Shown piece after piece: positions 58,894 through 64,000 of a stretch of DNA of 64,000 nucleotides. The translations under genes and the position numbers were made by a program. Origin of the DNA: Candidatus Poribacteria bacterium (GTDB lineage: Bacteria; Poribacteria; WGA-4E; PCPOR2b); contig OZ242351.1 of NCBI GenBank assembly GCA_965208675.1, positions 2,976,001 to 3,040,000 of the forward strand, given 5' to 3'. Positions within the stretch are counted from its first letter, which is position 1; each line of letters begins with the position of its first letter. Below the pieces are notes generated by a model. That model made no database searches, was not told the origin of the DNA, and was given only the letters and a program-made list of their open reading frames with translations.

Positions 58894-59298
58894 TTACTCT
58901 TCACCTAAAGCAGGATCTAGGTGTATTATTCCTCTTTTATCTATCATTGTAATGCCAGCCAGCAGGTCGTCATCAATAGCCATAGCAATTGATGAAGTGC
59001 CGCCATTGCCAGAGACTGCGACACGCCCTCCATACTTATTCACGCCAATTATTACGCCTCTATCACTGAATAGTTTAAAAGTATCCGTGAGAGTGTTGAT
59101 GCTTTCCATATTAGGAACAAGAATTATCCGCGTTGTGCCGTCCGTATCGACGACTCGCAAACTGGTACACTCAATATCTCCTAACTTTGCGCGTTCAGCG
59201 AAGAGGCTAGGCATCAAGACACTAGAGGCTATCATACCTATCAGCATCAATATCCCGCCGATTGTAATATAGGCTAACTTCTGTTTGTAAGTTTTCAA
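58894..59298 (-). CDS. Exported beta-rich protein, paralog of 60194-60604
   Basis: MKTYKQKLAYITIGGILMLIGM...GDIECTSL shared with the paralog. Confidence 0.75.
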   Translation of the reverse strand: MKTYKQKLAYITIGGILMLIGMIASSVLMPSLFAERAKLGDIECTSLRVVDTDGTTRIILVPNMESINTLTDTFKLFSDRGVIIGVNKYGGRVAVSGNGGTSSIAMAIDDDLLAGITMIDKRGIIHLDPALGEE

Positions 59299-59311
59299 TG
59301 TGTGCCTCCTT

Positions 59312-59638
59312 TTAGCACGAACCTGAAATTGCGCTTAAAATCCAAATGAACACTACTACACCTATGAAAGTAAGGCAACCAAAGCGTTTCATGAACGGAA
59401 TGGGACTACCATCAAGTTCAGATTCTACTTTATGTGTATCTAATTCCCACCCCCTTCCGCATATATCACAAAGCATGAGCCATTTTTTCTCAGTTACAAA
59501 ATTGAAAACCCAGTATACGCCCCAATGTCTATACTCAAGAACAAGCTTGAATCGCCGCTCTTTGTCACACACTTCGCAATGTTGCGTCGCAATCTGACCA
59601 CAATCAATTACATCACCACCAGATCCCCAAACAATCAT
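59312..59638 (-). CDS. Zinc-ribbon membrane protein
   Basis: MIVWGS...CEVC...CDICG, C-terminal TM helix; RBS GAGGAG. Confidence 0.75.
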   Translation of the reverse strand: MIVWGSGGDVIDCGQIATQHCEVCDKERRFKLVLEYRHWGVYWVFNFVTEKKWLMLCDICGRGWELDTHKVESELDGSPIPFMKRFGCLTFIGVVVFIWILSAISGSC

Positions 59639-59700
59639 GAGAGCTCCTCGCGGCCCTGTGTCGCACCGGGTTTCCGGGGGAGCCAGGGTCACCGCCATAA

Positions 59701-59792
59701 GGTGGCGGCGGAGAGGTCGCAGCAAGGTTAAACCTCGCGTAGCCGCGGAAATGCCCCTCAGCATAACCGCGGCGTTTAACCTCCCCTCCGCC
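59701..59792 (-). other. ~90-nt long imperfect hairpin, copy 2
   Basis: Stems GGCGGAGGGG/CCTCTCCGCC, AGGTTAAAC/GTTTAACCT, GCCGCGG/CCGCGGC, ATGC/GCAT. Confidence 0.75.
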
Positions 59793-59829
59793 ATAAGATT
59801 ATGGGGGAGGCGGCTGCCTCCCCCTTTTT

Positions 59830-60174
59830 TTATCTCTGTGGTCTTCTACCGGGGTTTCTCATTATCTCCGGGATGCTGGACGGATCCACATAAAAGGGTT
59901 CTGTTTTCAGCTTTTTCGGGCGTTTGATAACAGGGGTTCTGTGGGTAATATCGATAAATCGACCCTGCTTGTTGTGGACGTATTCGATGGTACGAAATTC
60001 ATAATCGTATTTCTTCTTTTCTTCTGCCATGTACTCAATCAACCAAGCCCTTTCTCTATCCAAAGTAATGGCGGTAAAGGGATGCTGGTTGGTATAGGAC
60101 ATGGCGTCTAAAAACCAAAAGCAAAATCCAACGAATGCGAGCGCGATTAGCGGGGGAATCAAGTTTCGCTTCAT
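59830..60174 (-). CDS. Membrane-anchored hypothetical protein
   Basis: AGGAGGGAAACAAAATG start; N-terminal TM helix; pseudogene copy at 57556-57825. Confidence 0.75.
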   Translation of the reverse strand: MKRNLIPPLIALAFVGFCFWFLDAMSYTNQHPFTAITLDRERAWLIEYMAEEKKKYDYEFRTIEYVHNKQGRFIDITHRTPVIKRPKKLKTEPFYVDPSSIPEIMRNPGRRPQR

Positions 60175-60193
60175 TTTGTTTCCCTCCTGTTGA

Positions 60194-60604
60194 TTACTGG
60201 CTATAGCCGTTTTTGTCGTAGATGGACACGGCGCCGTTGCCATGTTCGTTGATGCCCATGATGGCGTAGCCTTTCGATCTGCCATGCGTACTTACATAGC
60301 CGCCATGTTCATCAGTACCGATTCTCACTTGTTTATTATCTACAGCGTCACCCTCGCGGAGGAAGACATCACCGGCACCGATTATCGTAGCTCTTGTTGG
60401 AGCGTCTTTCCACATAGCAATGGATTGTTTACTAATAAGTATAAACGCATCTTCGAGTCCACTGCCAATCTTCAAGCTCGTGCATTCAATATCTCCGAAT
60501 TTATCCTGTTGTGCGGTTATAGGTGATAGCAGCATCCCAATAATGGTAAAAATACTGCCTAACGCCATTAGCCCTGCCTTTTGCTTCCAAGTGGTTTTGA
60601 TCAT
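60194..60604 (-). CDS. Exported beta-rich protein, paralog of 58894-59298
   Basis: MIKTTWKQKAGLMALGSIFTIIGM...DKFGDIECTSL; repeated 'EHGG/EHGNG' motifs. Confidence 0.75.
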   Translation of the reverse strand: MIKTTWKQKAGLMALGSIFTIIGMLLSPITAQQDKFGDIECTSLKIGSGLEDAFILISKQSIAMWKDAPTRATIIGAGDVFLREGDAVDNKQVRIGTDEHGGYVSTHGRSKGYAIMGINEHGNGAVSIYDKNGYSQ

Positions 60605-60804
60605 TTTCGAACCCCTTTTCTGAATTGGTTGTTCCACAAATTAAGAAACTCACGGAAGTCAGTCAATGCTTCGCATAATTGCTCAATTTTCTTATCTGTA
60701 GCATAATGAGTGCCAAAATTCCGAGCGTGGCGTAATGCTTCAGTAAGGTCGTCGATTTCGGAAAGTAGATACAAACGGTTGTCATCGCTGGATGGTGGTC
60801 GCAT
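60601..60804 (-). CDS. Small helical hypothetical protein
   Basis: AAAGGAGGTTACATATG start; stop overlaps the next ATG. Confidence 0.65.
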   Translation of the reverse strand: MRPPSSDDNRLYLLSEIDDLTEALRHARNFGTHYATDKKIEQLCEALTDFREFLNLWNNQFRKGVRK

Positions 60805-60872
60805 ATGTAACCTCCTTTTCTGTGGAAAATGTCCGATAATGTAGATTAGCGGACAGCCTTTCAGTCCGCTTT

Positions 60873-62579
60873 TCATCTCTTATAAGCCGACCGGTCAGTA
60901 TTCCCGCCGTATTTCATCGCATACACGAACATATTCACCATGAACCGATGCACGTCCGCGGAACGGCGCATCCGCAGCATTGTCCGGCTGGGGATTTCCG
61001 CCGTCTCCATCGCACAGAGATAATCCTTCCGATTGTACACCACTGCGAGGCGGCGCCCGATTGTAATCCCCTTCTGAAACTTAAACTTTGTCACCTTCGG
61101 GTTGTTTTCAGACCCCCAATACACATCAGACCCGTTCGGCGGAATAGACAGCTTGTAATAGATAGAATAAATCTCGTGGCTGTGGGGAACAGACTGGAGC
61201 GGGTATTCCGGCATAATTTTCTTCAATTCATCAGCGACACGCGCAGCGAACAAGCCCTTGAACCCGCAATCATCGAAAAATAGCAGCCCGCCGCGTTCCA
61301 CAAGATACTTTCTCATCGCCGACCGTTCTGCCGGTGTAAAGCCCGACAGCCACGGCTCGCCGCGCATCAGGTTACGGGTTGTGGTCAACTCCTTATCGTG
61401 ACCTGTCATGACAATTATCGGCGCATCGAGGATTCGCGGATCTGTCATCCGCATCGCGCCGCCCTCCAGTTTCATATCCGCACGCAGCCGAGTGTTGTCC
61501 GATAACCACCGCATGAAACTCGGCAGAGCTGACGGGTCTTGCCACCAATCTGCAAGGGAATGTATTAACCGAGTAAAGCGGATGTGACCTTGTATATCCG
61601 CGCCCTCACCCTCTAAAATAGCACCTAACTTATCATCAGGGACAGTCGTGATTTTAGCCAACGGGTCGTCTCCCGCGCCGCCGGCATCAGCAGCCCCGAC
61701 CGACCCCACCAGCGAGTCAATTCCGCTCGAATGAATCCCGCCGCGGCCGGGCCCGTTGATGTCGTCCGTACCCCGCCCGTGTCCGGTTCTGAGACCCCGG
61801 CGCCTTCCAACCCCCGGCGCAATAACCTCCTCATTGCGTCTAGTGTCAAGCTGTGCCGCCGTCGTGACAGGCGCATCGACAATCGCGTCGGGCGTCAACG
61901 GCGACACGTCCATTGATACGCTTCCCGGCGCCGGCGCAATCGGCTTAGCAATTCTTTGAGCAGCCGAAACGCGAACCGACTGGGCAATCGGTTTCACGGC
62001 TGGGCGCACCGGCTCCGGGGGTTTAGGCTTAATCTTTTTAGGGCGCCTAGTCTTTGGCACCGGCTTTACCATCTCCACGGCAATCGCATCTTCGATAACC
62101 TCCGCATCGTCGGTTGCCAGTATAAAAATGACAAAAGCCAAGATAACGTGCGCCACCGCGGAGATTAACATCGAATTGCGGACTTTACTACTCTTTTCGG
62201 TGACAACCGCCGCCGCGGCCTTGGACGCCAATGATTCGGGTGTGTATCCGGACGCGCTCAGGTAGTAGGTCTGTCCGCCGCAATCAACCTGCATCTGTCC
62301 ACCCGGGAGGCTCCGGAACTGGGCGCTTTCGCCTGCTCGGATTATTTCGCTCACCCGTATAATCGGCAGACTTACCGACCCCGGTTGTGCAATCTCCGCG
62401 TCGATTGTTATTTTTCGGTCTGCGGCGAAAAGCTCAAGCCTGTCAACGCCAATGCTCCGCACACGAACATCGGAAACATTCGATAGCTGATTTTCTCGCG
62501 CCGCCTGTGATTGGAGCGACTTAATCGCCTTCAGAATATTTGCTGTTTCTATCGTGAATTGCATACGGCAAGTATTCAA
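60873..62579 (-). CDS. DUF4159-domain membrane protein with an N-terminal beta-clamp-like domain
   Basis: C-terminal PIIVMTGH...RKYLVERGGLLFFDDCG...HEIY (DUF4159 pattern); central TM helix and Pro-rich linker; N-terminal ~110 aa align by eye to DnaN domain I. Confidence 0.75.
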   Translation of the reverse strand: MNTCRMQFTIETANILKAIKSLQSQAARENQLSNVSDVRVRSIGVDRLELFAADRKITIDAEIAQPGSVSLPIIRVSEIIRAGESAQFRSLPGGQMQVDCGGQTYYLSASGYTPESLASKAAAAVVTEKSSKVRNSMLISAVAHVILAFVIFILATDDAEVIEDAIAVEMVKPVPKTRRPKKIKPKPPEPVRPAVKPIAQSVRVSAAQRIAKPIAPAPGSVSMDVSPLTPDAIVDAPVTTAAQLDTRRNEEVIAPGVGRRRGLRTGHGRGTDDINGPGRGGIHSSGIDSLVGSVGAADAGGAGDDPLAKITTVPDDKLGAILEGEGADIQGHIRFTRLIHSLADWWQDPSALPSFMRWLSDNTRLRADMKLEGGAMRMTDPRILDAPIIVMTGHDKELTTTRNLMRGEPWLSGFTPAERSAMRKYLVERGGLLFFDDCGFKGLFAARVADELKKIMPEYPLQSVPHSHEIYSIYYKLSIPPNGSDVYWGSENNPKVTKFKFQKGITIGRRLAVVYNRKDYLCAMETAEIPSRTMLRMRRSADVHRFMVNMFVYAMKYGGNTDRSAYKR

Positions 62580-63445
62580 TCCTCAATTTTGAACCGATAC
62601 GGAACAATTATGCGGATTGTGACCGGTTTGCCGTCTTTTTGCGCCGGCTTAAACCGCGACCGTTTCAACGCCTCGATTGCTGCTTCATCACAGCCCATTC
62701 CAATTCCCGCTCTTACCTTAATATCTCTGGCTTTGCCGTCAATTCCGATGGTCGCCTCTAACTTCACAACCCCTTCTTTTCCGGCATGACGGGCACGTTC
62801 CGGATACTTCGGCTTCGGCTTATGGATGGCTTTCGGCGGTACGGTGTTATCCGTAATGTCCACGACGGGTACGTTGACAGTGTCGTCTAGCCCAATATCT
62901 GCGTCCGGGATGTCTGTCTCCATCTCGTTAAAAATTGATGGTCGGTCAGGCCTGGTGGTGGGAATCTTCGGCAATTCAGGTTCAATGCTTGGGCGTTCCC
63001 CTTCGGCAATTGGCGGCCTTTCAATCTTGGGAATCTCCGGCGGTGCATCAGGTGAGTCAATAACAAGGTTATCTGAAGGAACAGCATATCCGCCTGAGCC
63101 GGACGGAATGTCCACCGGTTTTACGGGCTGGCTGGGTCGGGTTGTCGGAGTTAGCCGTACTTCGGGTTTAATTGTCTTAGCTTCACGCTCAGGTTCACGA
63201 GGTGGGGGTTTAACCTTCTTCGCCTCAAACATTTCAGTTACCACTGCATCATCATCGTGAATCGCTACATTTTGGGCGATGTGAAAAGCGACAAACAGCA
63301 TGATGACCAAATGGAAAGCAAGAGATACAATCCACCCAAGAGATTTAGACACGCGATTTTTCTTTCTCTGCCGCCGCTCTAAAATCGGCTCAACCGCAGG
63401 AATCCGGCGTTTACGTTCATGATTTAGCGAATTTGACTTGGACAT
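62576..63445 (-). CDS. tonB: TonB-family energy transducer
   Basis: SLAFH TM motif, Pro-rich linker, PKYPERARHAGKEGVV...FKPAQKDGKPV. Confidence 0.9.
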   Translation of the reverse strand: MSKSNSLNHERKRRIPAVEPILERRQRKKNRVSKSLGWIVSLAFHLVIMLFVAFHIAQNVAIHDDDAVVTEMFEAKKVKPPPREPEREAKTIKPEVRLTPTTRPSQPVKPVDIPSGSGGYAVPSDNLVIDSPDAPPEIPKIERPPIAEGERPSIEPELPKIPTTRPDRPSIFNEMETDIPDADIGLDDTVNVPVVDITDNTVPPKAIHKPKPKYPERARHAGKEGVVKLEATIGIDGKARDIKVRAGIGMGCDEAAIEALKRSRFKPAQKDGKPVTIRIIVPYRFKIED

Positions 63446-63501
63446 GGCTCGAAAATCTCCTTCCTTTGTAAGGGGTTGTGGGGGAGGTGCCCCCGGTTAA
63501 C

Positions 63502-63633
63502 CTACTTTTTGCTAGATTTAGATTTGGGGTTAGGGTTGTTGGTTTTGCCTTTACCCGATTCTTTGCCGTGTACCTTACTTGGCTTATTCTGAGGGTAAAC
63601 AGCCTTACTTGCCTTTCCTTTTTGCTTTGCCAT
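63502..63633 (-). CDS. 43-aa Lys-rich peptide
   Basis: GGAGGTGATAAACAATG start; MAKQKGKASKAVYPQNKPSKVHGKESGKGKTNNPNPKSKSSKK. Not in the ORF track. Confidence 0.65.
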   Translation of the reverse strand: MAKQKGKASKAVYPQNKPSKVHGKESGKGKTNNPNPKSKSSKK

Positions 63634-63694
63634 TGTTTATCACCTCCTTCCTTTCTTTTATTGGCTGGGGCTGGTGAAATACGCGATTATATGA

Positions 63695-63949
63695 CTAATT
63701 GTTCCTTCTGCGTCTCTTATGAGGATTGCCTTTTCGCCAACCTGTTTGATATCCCCGCATATAATCCTTGCATGGTATATCAAAACAGATTGGACAATTG
63801 TTGGGAAATACTAATAGCCCAGTCTTGCCGTGCTCTAGCCCCTTCGCATAACCTTTGGCGTAATGACTAGAGACGGCATTCTTAGTTTTAGCTCCACAGC
63901 TCAAACTTAAAATTACCATTATTGTTAGAATAAGTGGTTTATACATCAC
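63695..63949 (-). CDS. Small lipoprotein with CxxC...C motif
   Basis: Lipobox LSLSC; YAKGYAKG...CPICFDIPC...YMRGYQTG. Confidence 0.6.
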   Translation of the reverse strand: MMYKPLILTIMVILSLSCGAKTKNAVSSHYAKGYAKGLEHGKTGLLVFPNNCPICFDIPCKDYMRGYQTGWRKGNPHKRRRRNN

Positions 63950-64000
63950 ATTGTGTAAGGGTTGTGGGGGAAGGGGTAGCCTCCCCCTGTGGAGAAGAAG

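Noticed and set aside
58294-59792. Hairpin as tRNA/tRNA-Sec, SRP RNA or 6S RNA
   Set aside because: No TTC T-loop or cloverleaf, no SRP CAGG/GNRA/AGCA helix-8 motif, and too short with no central bubble for 6S.
55454-60188. GGAGGGAAACAAAATGAA as an array-specific module (55456, 60174, variant 57825)
   Set aside because: A similar GGAGAAACAAAATGAA occurs outside the array at 30866, so it may be a generic strong RBS. Kept only as weak support.
1658-63870. Numerous short or antisense ORFs in the track (e.g. 1658-2074, 39415-40014, 62826-63260)
   Set aside because: They overlap well-supported genes and lack RBS or motifs; treated as shadow ORFs.
1-64000. CRISPR array or cas genes; rRNA or tRNA genes
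   Set aside because: No regularly spaced identical repeats, and no recognisable cas, rRNA or tRNA sequence.
52800-64000. Calling the array a prophage or a diversity-generating retroelement
   Set aside because: No terminase, capsid, integrase or reverse transcriptase in the window, and differences between duplicates are not adenine-specific.

Overview
Bacterial chromosome segment, most likely Candidatus Poribacteria or a relative. This is inferred from repeated C-terminal 'KLxTxWxxIK' motifs, 'LQNYPNPFNPETWIPYQL' FlgD-Ig tails and BMC genes. The left half holds a Wzz/Wzc-type gene start, an IS5 element, a three-gene BMC satellite locus (BMC-H, PduL, flavoprotein-like), an orphan type I hsdR with hsdM/methylase remnants, an ECF sigma factor followed by a full-length beta-clamp paralog, a rhodanese/PTPS/folE/SDR pterin cluster, two CNNM proteins, aldolases, a kinase and thiG. 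From about 30.2 to 37.3 kb lies a co-oriented accessory island of paralogs, defence-like genes and gene fragments. From about 41 to 50 kb the sequence is dense in MITEs and REP/REPIN-like elements, two of which bracket a HEPN module. From about 52.8 to 64 kb is a minus-strand array of about 25 mostly short genes. Their boundaries are built from a few reused DNA modules: a hairpin+RBS unit, start-associated sequences and a duplicated ~90-nt hairpin. The array also carries a membrane protein whose N-terminus resembles beta-clamp domain I. All calls come from reading the sequence by eye; no database searches were run.
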